The notes beneath the pieces were generated by a model that was not told the origin of the DNA, searched no databases, and saw only the letters and a program-made list of their open reading frames with translations. From assembly GCA_964106645.2 (NCBI GenBank), contig OZ067043.1: DNA of 64,000 nt, one strand, 5' to 3'. How positions within the stretch are numbered: the first letter of the stretch is position 1; the number at the start of each line of letters is the position of its first letter. Shown piece after piece: positions 40,862 through 51,254 of this stretch. A program made the position numbers and the translations under genes. The stretch comes from Podarcis pityusensis (taxonomy: Eukaryota).

Positions 40862-41350
40862 GAAGCACAGCTAAAGAATCTCTGACAGATGACCATCCAA
40901 CCTCTCCTGAAATACCTCTACGGAAGGACAGTCCACCACCTCCCGAGGGAGCCTGTTCCACTGCTGAATAGCTCTTACTATTGGAAATTTCTTCCAAATG
41001 CTTCATCAGAATCATTTGAATCCACTTGTTCAGGTCCCATGCTCTGGAACAGCAGAAAACAATTTCACTCCATCTTCCATGTGACAGCCCTTAAGACATT
41101 TGAAGGTGGCTATCATATCAGTTCTCCTCTCCTCCAGGCTAAACATATCCAATTCCCTCAACTGTTCCTCACAAGACTTGGTTTCCAGACACTATCATAC
41201 TGGTCACCCTTCTCTGCAGACCATCTAGGTTGTCAATATTCTTCTTGAACTGTGGTGCCCAGAAATGGACACAGGACTCCAGGTGGGATCTGACCAAGGC
41301 AGAATAGAGTGGTACTATTATTTCTCTTGATCTGGGCAGTATACTTCTTT
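40862..41350 (-). mobile_element. CR1 LINE 3' ORF2 fragment
   Basis: cagatgaccatccaacctctcc...gtccaccacctcccgagggagcctgttccactgctgaa...gtggtgcccagaaatggacacag...ggcagaatagagtggtactatta resembles the antisense of sauropsid CR1 3' regions; decayed. Confidence 0.7.
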
Positions 41351-41386
41351 TATAAGATGCTCAGCTGATCCCTACAGAAAGCTCAC

Positions 41387-42217
41387 ACACTTGCTTACTT
41401 GTTGGTGAACACTCACAGCCATTTGCTAGTTTCACATTCCTTTTCCTCTGAGGGAAGAAAGGTCTTACTAGTCAATGTCACAATGGAGATGTTTGTGTCA
41501 TCGTTCAAGCCAACAGTGCTGGTTGTATAGTATCTAAGATCCTGAACACAATGGGTAAGGTAGCTGACCATGGTTGTAGAATAATACTCGCTGTCTTGAG
41601 CACTGCCCTTTCCTTGGCCCTGTCTTGTATCCCTTAGCAGTATGCTATTGTTTTGGGTAGGGAATCATCCCTACTTCCATCTCTTGGTTTCTTGGGATTT
41701 GCATAGAAATAATCCATAATTAAACATGCCAAACAGATTTGTTACATTTATATTTAGTATCTCAGAAACATGGGACTGTAAATAAGTAGAATTACCAAGG
41801 CGACCTAGTCATGTACTAAATGATTCTGACACATTTGTGGATAAAAGTATTAGACCAGATACTGAGGAACTGATGGACTCAACCATAGAGACTCAGTTGA
41901 GCAGATCAGAAAAAGAAATAAATACACTTGCTTACTTGTTGGTGAATGCTCCCAGCTGTTTGCTGGGTTCACATTCCTTTTCCTCTGAGGGAAGAAAGGG
42001 CTTACTAGTCAATGTCACAATGGAGAGGTTTGTGTCATCATTCAAGCCAACACTGCTGGTTGCATTGTATCCAAGATCCTGGGTAAGGGAGCTGAACATG
42101 GTTGTGGAATACTGTAATATTTGCTGTCTTGAGCACTGTCCTTTCCTTGGCCCTGCCTTGTATCCCTTAGCAGTACACTATTGTTCGGGGTAGGGAATCA
42201 TCCTTACTTCCACCTCT
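41387..42217. repeat. Local direct duplication of a ~295-bp exon-like block (41387-41683 and 41924-42217)
   Basis: Both copies share acacttgcttacttgttggtgaa...ttcacattccttttcctctgagggaagaaagg...ctagtcaatgtcacaatggaga...gtcttgagcactg...tagggaatcatcc. Confidence 0.9.
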
Positions 42218-42336
42218 CAATTATTTCTTCTGTCAAGAAGGATGATTCCGAAGGAGCCCTCCACCTTTACTTGTCCAGGGAGGATGGATGAGAGAGAGCC
42301 CAAGTATATGAAACAGAGAGACCCCCCAAAAGGGAG

Positions 42337-42612
42337 GGTAAAAGGTAAAGGTAAAGGTATCCAGTTGTGGCCGACTCTGGGGTTGCGGCGCTCATCTCAT
42401 TTTATTGGCCGATGGAGCCGGCGTACAGCTTCCGGGTCATGTGGCCAGCATGACTAAGCCACTTCTGGCGAACCAGAGCAGCGCACGGAAATGCCATTTA
42501 CCTTCCCGCTGGAGCGGTACCTATTTATCTACTTGCACTTTGACATGCTTTTGAACTGCTAGGTTGGCAGGAGCAGGGACCGAGCAATGGGAGCTCACCC
42601 CGTTGCGGGGAT
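42337..42612 (-). mobile_element. Sauria SINE, 5'-truncated
   Basis: (AAAGGT)n tail on the plus strand and body ggggttgcggcgctcatctc...ggtacctatttatctacttgcac...gctaggttggcaggagc. Confidence 0.85.
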
Positions 42613-43848
42613 CCCCCAATTCTCCCAGTCACAGGAACACAGTGGGAGGAAGCAACCCGACACTTAATTCTCATCTCGCAGCACACCAGAAGCACACCAG
42701 CAGGAGTAAGTACAACCCTAGACGAAACCTAGACGAAACCAGTCATTATCCCAGGAGATGCTGGCTTCATGCAATGGCTGCTTTTGCTTACATGCTGAAC
42801 TTCAAGCAGGCCAATCCAAGCTATATTTATTTGGGGATAAATGCCACTGAATTCAGTGGGGCTTTCATCCAAAGTGAGTGGGCATAGGGCTTCCTTTGCA
42901 GTAATTCTAAGCACAGGGAACCATGCCCGGGACACCCAGGGGGAGCCAGAGCCTGGGTCACATCCTGGTCCAAAGTGGGTCACAGAAGCAGCACTATCAC
43001 CACACAAATATCTGGCAAAAAGGGAGAGAAATGGGTTCCCCAATGCACTTTGGGGTTAAAGCCCTGGATTTCAAAAAGTTGAAAACTACTGTCCTAATTG
43101 ATCAGTTTGCTGCTGGTTTGACATTTGTACAATTTGACAACAACAATGCTCTAAGCAGACTGAAGCTAAATTCCACAGAATAGGATTTATTGTAAGGATG
43201 TTTTTATTCCCAAGAAAATGTGTAAGAGATGGTAGGAAAGGGGGGGGGGGGGAGAACAATGACCAATAATGGTAACATCCCTACCAGATATCTAAGTTAA
43301 ATGGTTATGCACTTAAATGGTACTTCAGAGTACTCAAAGCACTCCACCTATGTAGTTCTTGTTTGTATGTAACAAACTATGTTTTTACATTACATGAACA
43401 AGTACAGGGATGGGGAATGTGTAATTCTCCAATTGTTGAACTCCCATCAGCCCAAGGCAATGTGACCAGGCCTTCTCAGAGGCCTGGGGAGGCTCATAGA
43501 CCCCTTCCTGCTTTTGAGGCCCCATAATAATAAATGCAGTCATGGAAATATGACAACATGCAAAAACAAAATGAGGCATGTGGGTGGGGGAGGAGGAAAT
43601 AAGACATAATTAGATTTTTTAAAAAGAATACTTTCCCAGTCTCTTTCTGTGCAAATGCATTTATTCACATTTAGCATGTGGCAAAATCTGCATCACTTAA
43701 CAAAAAAGTACCGGTAATGTCTTTTATCAAATCTCATCTCTTATTTGCTTAAATTTGCAGTTCTGAACTAAATTACCTTTCTCCGATTGGCCCTGAACAT
43801 GGCAAAGGGTGAGGGAAGATGGGAGGTGTAAGCCAACACCTTCTAGAG

Positions 43849-43986
43849 CAGCGGTTCTCAACCTGTGGGTCCCCAAATGTTGTTGGACTACAACTCCCAT
43901 CATCCCTGAGCTCTGTTCTTGCTAGCTAGGGGTGATGGGAGTTGTAGTTCAACAACATCTGGGGATCCACAGGTTGAGAAAGGCTG
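43849..43986. mobile_element. Palindromic hAT-type MITE
   Basis: The whole element folds back (cagcggttctcaacctgtgg...ccacaggttgagaaaggctg) and has a perfect 8-bp TSD ttctagag. Degenerate relatives with ggactacaactcccatcat cores occur near 2233, 8380, 9240, 26580, 33500, 38310, 44955 and 48655. Confidence 0.88.
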
Positions 43987-45309
43987 TTCTAGAGGGTCAC
44001 AGGCTTTCCATTCCTAGCTTACAGTGCAATCCTAAACATAGCTACTCAGTAGCAAATCCTATTTAATTCAATGGAGCTTATTTCCAGTTAGGTGGGGCTA
44101 AGATTGCAGCCTTACTCTCTTAGCCATGCTCAATGCTCACAACTGCTTTATCAATGGGAAAAAGTTACAGGAGTGTGGGTACGTCATATTTAAAGCAAAA
44201 CAATATTCAAACTTAGCTGTATATCTTTTAATTAAGTGAAATGTTTATGAATACTGAAAATTCAGATTACAGTACATGATCTTAAAGAGAGGAAGAACAG
44301 CAGCAGCCTATTTGGCAATCAGGTGTCAGGATTTCAGAATAATAGCCAATTTAATTGGCTAACTCAGAAGCTCAGCATTAACCAGGTTCCATCAATTTTG
44401 TTGTTTGGAATTTGTTTTCCATACTTAGAAATTGAACCTTACAATCAGAAGAGGAAAATTTACTTTTAATTAACATGCAGATGGGGGGGGAATACTCTAC
44501 TCAAGAAGGCATGATTTTTCTTTTCTTTAAAAAAAAAAAGTTTACAAAGATCAACTTGGTATATATATATATTTAGCAAAGTCCATCTCGAATCCTTCCA
44601 GGAAGTATTTGGCTAGTATAATCAAGACCCACTAGTATGTAAGCAGCAACTCAGTCTTTGAATTCATGTAGCTGATGATTAGATGGGACAAATCCAGTTA
44701 AGTGCTCAGACCATGAGAATCCCTCACACAGAGGCACAGCGCACCTAAGAAAAACTAGAGGTGGGGATTCACCTTTTGCTTCCATGACCACAGCTGCACT
44801 GGCAAACACATTACTGCAAACTTTCTTTTTACCTTAAGGCTTAATCACATCTAGCTTCAGGCTGCTGTCCCCCAAATAATTGTCAAGCAGGACACTATTA
44901 TTATTTTGCATAACGAAAGGCCGGCCTTTGGTTATGCAAAATAAGCAGTGGGAAAACTGTGGCCCTCCAGATATTGTTAGCCTACAATTCCCATCACTCC
45001 TGGCCATTGGGTCATGTTGGCTGGAGATTATGGAAGGTGCAGCCAACATCATCTGGAGGGCTACAGGATCCTCACCTTTGCAGAAGATCCCAAATGTACA
45101 GATGGAACTGTCTGCTGTTGAAATCAAAGGGCAACCAAGTTTGCACATGAGGCTTTGGCATACAGGCAGCACCATATCTGCCTTCACAGTAATCCTTGGG
45201 CTGGAAGATACAAATAAAAATAATTCCCATAGACTCCCATAGCCATATGCTTAAGATGGCAGAGGGGAAACACTGACATTTCGGTATTCAAAAGCTACAC
45301 ATCCAGTAT

Positions 45310-46740
45310 TTAGCGAGTCTGCACTTTACTCAGCAAGTTAACAATGGCTTCTTTGGTAAGGAACAAAGTCTCATTAGTATTTTGATTGCATACTTCAAAT
45401 AGAGAAGGCTCATCCAAAACCTTCTTGCCACCTATTATAACATAGGGGTACCCAAGTTTACTTGCATCCTTTAATCTTTTACCAATGGTGAATTGTGTCC
45501 GGTCATCCAGTACTATCTCCTCCTTAAGCCAAGGGGCTGCTTCAACAATACAGTCATATAAATCCTCCAGGAGCATTGCCCCTTTCTCCTCCTTGCTCCC
45601 TCTCTTTGGGGGAATAAGGCAGACTTGATATGGTGCAATGAGGCTTGGCCACCGAATGGCGTCCTCAGTAGAAAGCACCTCAATGGAGGCTGCAAGAATC
45701 CGAGTCACACCCAGCCCATAGCAGCCCATTTCAGCCGGAATATGCTTATTTTCTGCAGTGCGGACGGTAGCATTAAAAACAGAGGAGTATTTTGTGCCCA
45801 AGAAGAAGGTATGGCCAACTTCAATCCCTTTGTACTCAGCTAGTTTCCCTTTGCAAACTGGGCAATGCTTCTCATCTGGGTTTATCGTTTCCTCATTGGC
45901 TGCAAAGTCGCAGCCTGTGCACATCATCAATCGGTCCTCACCAACGTCAGCGGGCAGCTGGAATTCATGAGACATTGTCCCCCCGATGCTTCCAGTAGCT
46001 GCTTGGACTTTCACAAACCGAAGGCCTAAGTTGTTGAATATGTTGCCATAAGCGTTGCACACAAGGGCATAGGTCTGGAGGGCAGCTTCCTTGGAGGTAT
46101 CAAAGGTGTACATATCCTTCATATAAAATTCTCTGCCACGCAGCAACCCAAAGCGTGGTTTTGGCTCATCTCGAAACTTTCTTGTTACCTGGTACAGCAA
46201 GAGGGGAAGCTGCTTGTAAGACAAATGGCCTTGGGAAGCAATTAGGTCTGTGATGGCCTCTTCATGAGTAGGTCCTAGGCAGTATTCTTGATTGTGCCTG
46301 TCTGCCAGTCGTAATAGTTCACTGCCCATGAGTTCCCACCTTCCACTGGCTCTCCAGAGCTCTGCTGAGCTCAATGCGGGCATGTTCACTTTCTGACCCC
46401 CTATAGCCTGCATTTCTCGGTCTATCACTCTGATGAGCTTCTCCAGTGCTCGGACAGTGTAGGGCATATAGTGGAAGCAGCCGGGACTGGCTGGGTAGAT
46501 AAGTCCTGCTAGTAACATCAATCTCTGACTTTTACATGTCAGTTCACCTGGTTTGCTGGTTTGCTGTGATGCTATGCTATCCTCCCGCAGATTCATCGAC
46601 TGGAAGTGCTGGGATACACACTTTTGTCTTGCATGAAGATCACAATAAAACCTGCAACACTGTTGCTGCTTTTGGCACCAACCAAACCAATTTTTCAAAC
46701 CAGGAAGAATCGTTTTCCCTCTTCTGAGAAGCCCATCCAT
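45310..46740 (-). CDS. PARS2: Mitochondrial prolyl-tRNA synthetase, 476 aa, single coding exon
   Basis: Class II aaRS (bacterial-type ProRS) motifs SGRWELMGSELLRL, LGPTHEE, YQVTRKFRDEPKPRFGLLRGREFYMKDMYTFD, IEVGHTFFLGTKYS, MGCYGLGVTRI and WPSLIAPY. A splice acceptor (polypyrimidine-CAG) at 46776-46775 precedes the ATG at 46740. Confidence 0.96.
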   Translation of the reverse strand: MDGLLRRGKTILPGLKNWFGWCQKQQQCCRFYCDLHARQKCVSQHFQSMNLREDSIASQQTSKPGELTCKSQRLMLLAGLIYPASPGCFHYMPYTVRALEKLIRVIDREMQAIGGQKVNMPALSSAELWRASGRWELMGSELLRLADRHNQEYCLGPTHEEAITDLIASQGHLSYKQLPLLLYQVTRKFRDEPKPRFGLLRGREFYMKDMYTFDTSKEAALQTYALVCNAYGNIFNNLGLRFVKVQAATGSIGGTMSHEFQLPADVGEDRLMMCTGCDFAANEETINPDEKHCPVCKGKLAEYKGIEVGHTFFLGTKYSSVFNATVRTAENKHIPAEMGCYGLGVTRILAASIEVLSTEDAIRWPSLIAPYQVCLIPPKRGSKEEKGAMLLEDLYDCIVEAAPWLKEEIVLDDRTQFTIGKRLKDASKLGYPYVIIGGKKVLDEPSLFEVCNQNTNETLFLTKEAIVNLLSKVQTR

Positions 46741-47429
46741 TTCGAGACTCACAGATGAAGCTTCTCTTTCAAATCTGCAGGCAGAGAGAGAAAATAAAAG
46801 CAACTCATTTCGCATAAACAGATGCACATTTTATATCTAGCCAAAAGAGATTCCCCACATATTTTAGCTACTGTGAGAGCTGAATGCATTGAACACAGCC
46901 TGTTTGGCTAAACATGGGGCTGAATGATTCTAGCTGATTCAGTTAACTGGCAAATAAATGAGGAGTTTCTAGAAGAATGCGCTTCCCACAACTGCCTCAA
47001 ATGATGTTTAAGACCTGCTTCATCACCTTCAAAATGTATGCACAGGCACAAAAATATACATTTGCAATGCTCACACAACAGCTGTACAGCCCCACTTAAG
47101 GGTACACATCTGTACAGAAAAGGCGTAATGGCCCTTCCATTATCCCTGACCATCGTCCCTGACCCATCAGTCTGGGGCTGATGGGGCTGCACCCGGCAAC
47201 ACCTGCAGGGCCAGAGTCTTCCTCATCCCTGCTGCAATGCAAGAAGCTGCATGTTTTAATACCAATAATGAGCTAGCTTTTCCTATAGTTGCAAAGATAA
47301 CATTTGAAGAGCCACGAAAAGCAACCAAGTGTCTTCACGGTCCAAATTAAGAAGTTGTCCAAATCTGTTATTCTGCAAACGCCTCCAGAGACTTTTTGAG
47401 GAAGCAGGAAAAGAGAAATAAGAAATTCC

Positions 47430-48075
47430 CCTGCGCGTCCCCCAATTACATTGCTATTGTAACATTCCCGTCATTTTCACCACGAGCCACCTATCTCTAT
47501 GGTGCCTGCTTTGACATTTCTGCGAAGAGGGACGCCGGCGGATTGGGCGCAAAGTTGCAAGAGCTTCCTCGGGGGGAAGTCCCACCGAGCACAAGCAGGG
47601 CTTCCTTCCGAGAAAAAACACAAAAGCACTGGACTTGCACGAACCTCGCTGAACTGGAAGCGCAGCCGAGTCAAGTTTCATACGGAGCAGCTCCTTGAGA
47701 AGGAAAAGCGACCATAGGCGCCGCTGAAGTGCAGGACGCAGTTTATATCCCCGGGGAAGCCTGCCGGGCCAGACTCGTCCTTGCAACGGTCGCCGGCGTT
47801 ACCACTCTGCGCTGCAACTTTCCAGCTCTTGCAGCGCCCGTGGCAGAAACCACGCGGCGGCGGGACTGGACGAGCAACACAGTATGCAGCAGCTGCGCAT
47901 GCGCAGCAGCGATGCCCCGTCCCTTTCGGAACGGAGGCGGAACCATAGAGTTGAAGGAAACGAAGAAGAAAGAGCGACGCTCTTTCTCTCCCCCTCCGTC
48001 TCGGGCGTGCAGATGAAGTCCGCCAATAACCATGGCGATTCAGGTTCAGGCAGCCTCTTGTGACACGTGAAGAGG
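47430..48075 (-). promoter_or_regulatory. CpG island promoter / non-coding first exon of PARS2 with NRF1 palindrome
   Basis: CpG-rich. Perfect TGCGCATGCGCA at 47894-47905, CGGAA ETS-like cores at about 47927-47942, CCAAT and ATGGCG near 48023-48038, and a CACGTG E-box near 48064. Confidence 0.75.
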
Positions 48076-49187
48076 CCTTACTAAATAGCATCCCGACTCT
48101 TTAAATGTTCCTCTTTTTAGGCTCCTTGTTGCAGAAGTTTCAGTTTGCCGGCCCAGAGTAATGGGAATAGATATGAATTAATAAAATTACTAACTAAAAA
48201 GGCCAAAGCAGGAAAAGTTTAGTTTCTGCGCTTTCAGTGCGCAAACAAGTCCCAGAAATAACTGGAGGAACACTCACGTTAATTTCCTTCAAATCACCAC
48301 TTCAAATCCCTTATTGGTAAACGGAAATTTGGCAGAAATTTAAGAAAGGCTTCCCCCACCGAGTCACACAAACCCCCCACACAAAGCAAAATATAGCTTA
48401 AATTTGTGTGCTTGAGGAAGGATGACAGGCGACATGGAAAATTTCGAGAGATGCTGCTCTCCCTTTATTAGGTGGATTCATTGGGGAAGGCTGCTCCCCT
48501 TAGGCAACCATTTGAGAGAACAAGATATTCCCCATCCTCCACCCTAAATGAAGCCCAGCACTGTATCTGTAGTGTTGAAATATTGTGTTCTGGGGAAGTT
48601 CTCGGAATGAGTGCCTAAAACAGTCCCTGCTTGGAAAATTACGATCAAAAACAGGTATGGGCAACCTTTGGCCTTCCCTGTGTTGCTGAATTACAACCTT
48701 CACCAGCCACAGCAAGCTGGTCCGATGGCCAGGGATGGTGGAAGTTGAGTACTATCTGGAGGGCCAAAGGTTCCCCCACACCTGTTCTAAAATACATTGC
48801 ACACAAGGAAAAGGGGGTGAGAAGAGATATTTACCTTTTTGACTGCACTTGGCCGTGCCACATTTACTCGCGCTTTTGTAACTTCTAGGCTTGGCTATTG
48901 TAGGGTGCTGTGTGTAGAGCTGCCCTTAAGGACAGCTCTGAAGCATCATTTGGTCTAGAAGGCAGCTTTTTAAGGGTGGGGAAAATGCATTCCCATATAG
49001 CCTGTTTGCATTTGTTGCACTGACTATCGCTATGGCTTGAGGCCCAGTCTAGATGCTATCTGTACCAAAGTAAAAATATCGCTCTTTCAGTAGAGCCATG
49101 TGATACTTTCATTTTTTATTCCCCCCCCCCAAATTTTTTATTGGTTTTCCAAATTTATAACAAACAAATAGAAAAAAGAACATCAAA

Positions 49188-49220
49188 AAACAAACAAACA
49201 AACAAACAAACAAACAAACA
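49188..49220. repeat. (AAAC)n microsatellite
   Basis: aaacaaacaaac... Confidence 0.85.
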
Positions 49221-50071
49221 TTTATCCTAATTGTAACAGTTCCACTTTTGTTAACATTGTTGGGTGACTTCCTCGAATCCCCCTGGCTGAGTTTCCATAT
49301 AAACCATTGTAGCAGTTTTCCAAAACTATTTTCACTAAAATTTACTTGGTCAATTAATATCTTTCTTTCTCCATGTGATACTGTACTTTCAGTTGGTTTG
49401 ATGCTTGTCTCTTTGTTGTCAACAACTCTCTGGTCCTAAACCTTTTCCTGTGAAAGTCTGTCACTTTCTCCATGCTAATGATTCTTCTATAAAGCTTGCT
49501 TCACTGTTAACTGCGCAATACTGTAGAGTATACAGTTTACAAAACCAGATTGGCCATATATTTTGGGTGGGTGGTTTTTTTGTTATCTGATCAGGCATAA
49601 GAGCAGTGAGATTTGCCCCCCCCCCCCCCGAAGTTGAAGAAGCCTGGTAGCTGTAGGATAGAGTTAGTTTTGGTAATATGGGAAAGTTTGACTTAATATT
49701 TCCTGTTTTCTTCCTTCCTTACGCACTAAATCGTTTCCTCGGGGCAACAACATGGGGGTAGGAGAAGGGAGTGGTGGATAGAAAAATTGGCTTTCACTGA
49801 ATGGACATTTTCAGACTATCCTAGGGCAATTGTTTCAAACACAGTTATGTGCGGTCATTAGGGTTTTTGTTGTTTTTGTTCCAGTGTGTATCATTTTACA
49901 TCAATGGGTGCCAACATTTTGGGGCTGTGGTCACATTTGGAATTTTGAATGAGTGTCATGGGTACCAATCTATGGCTTTTAAACTGGTGGGGTTTTGTTT
50001 TTATTTGTTACTAAGTTTTTTGTTTTTTTTTATGTTGTAAACTAACGTTTGCTCATCAGATAAAGGGTGCT

Positions 50072-50072
50072 A

Positions 50073-50103
<31 letters not shown>

Positions 50104-50120
50104 TATTATTATTATTATTT
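50072..50120. repeat. (TAT)n microsatellite
   Basis: attattattatt... Confidence 0.85.
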
Positions 50121-50122
50121 GG

Positions 50123-50528
50123 CAGTGGCGTAGTGTAAGGGGGTCTACTGGGGAGATTGACCAGGTTGCAAACATTTTTGGGGTGCATCTCTGCAGCTGC
50201 CACCCCGACTGGAGGCCCTCCCTATCCCCCCCGCCCACCTTACCTAAGCAGCATGCTGAGCAGGAGCTGTAGTGAGAATGGGCCCTTGCATCCCTCAGCT
50301 GTGTGGTATCCCCACCAGCGGAGGAGGTATGTAGACAGGAGTCTTGCGGCAGCAGCAACCCATCTCCAGCACAAAGAAGCGTGCATGCATGTCCCACCAC
50401 TGCTGCACAGCTCCCTCTGCGAGCAGCAGTGTGCAGTATGGAGGCTCCAGTTAGGGGGCGCAATATTTGTCTTAAGGGGCACAATGCTAGTCTTGCCGTT
50501 GGCCCTGGCAACCCACGCTACACCACTG
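50123..50528. mobile_element. Non-autonomous DNA transposon (hAT-like termini)
   Basis: TIRs cagtggcgtagtgt / acgctacaccactg; GC-rich interior unlike the flanks; no clear TSD. Confidence 0.55.
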
Positions 50529-51019
50529 CAATATGACAAGGCAATGAAGCAAGGGATGATGTAATCTGTTCTTTTTGTTTGCTGCTTGATCACATTTCCC
50601 AGAATTTACTTTTACCCTTGTGCTCACTTAAAGTTCAACCAGGTTTTGAAGCACATGTTTCCGGTTCTCAGTTGCATGGCAGCTTGCAGAAAACATCATC
50701 GCTGCAAAAGAGGCACTTTCACAATTTATGCATATGATACAATTTGCTTCCTTCCCATAGGTGGATGTTGTCTTCATTTGGGAAAATCGCCATGTCAGGT
50801 TGGATTAGCATCCATAGGGCATTAGGGTAGAAGGATCAGATAGCATAGCTAAGAGTCTGGCTTTGAAGAAATTTCAGCACACATCCTTTGGGGAAGTTAC
50901 TTTACTCATGATAGATTTTTATCTCCAGAAAAAGTCTGTGCAATGCATCAAGGATAGCCCTGCCATACACTGACCTTTGTTATTGTGGGTGTGCCTTTCA
51001 CTGATTACATTAACACTCC

Positions 51020-51100
51020 TGATCCCACCCTGTAAAATTATTCTTGCTGTGATTGGTTAGGTCAGTCTTTATATAGCCTTCAAGTATTTTATTGGGAGCG
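51020..51100 (+). promoter_or_regulatory. Putative CpG-poor core promoter of the LSS-like gene
   Basis: Inverted CCAAT (ATTGG 51052-51056), AGGTCA half-site 51059-51064 and TATA-like TTTATATAG 51068-51076, about 180 nt upstream of the ATG at 51255. Confidence 0.45.
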
Positions 51101-51254
51101 TGAATATTTTAGAAACTGTGGAACTTCTGAGGCAGGAACTCTAGCCCAGAGTCCAAGAGTTCAGTGTCCTATTCAGTGTCCTGTGTACCTGAAGCCTTGC
51201 ACCATCTAAAATATAACCAGAACAATCTGAGGCAGTCTTCATCAACCCAAGAAG

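Noticed and set aside
40617-41248. 132-aa and 119-aa ORFs
   Set aside because: Mostly a decayed CR1 fragment; the ELEELPMEPK segment could be an MROH exon remnant but does not chain in phase.
46741-46827. N-terminal extension of the 505-aa PARS2 ORF (MHLFMRNELLL...)
   Set aside because: It crosses a polypyrimidine tract and CAG acceptor at 46776-46775, so it is intron plus 5' UTR; the likely start is the ATG at 46740.
47396-48091. Cluster of ORFs upstream of PARS2
   Set aside because: CpG-island artefacts with no homology.
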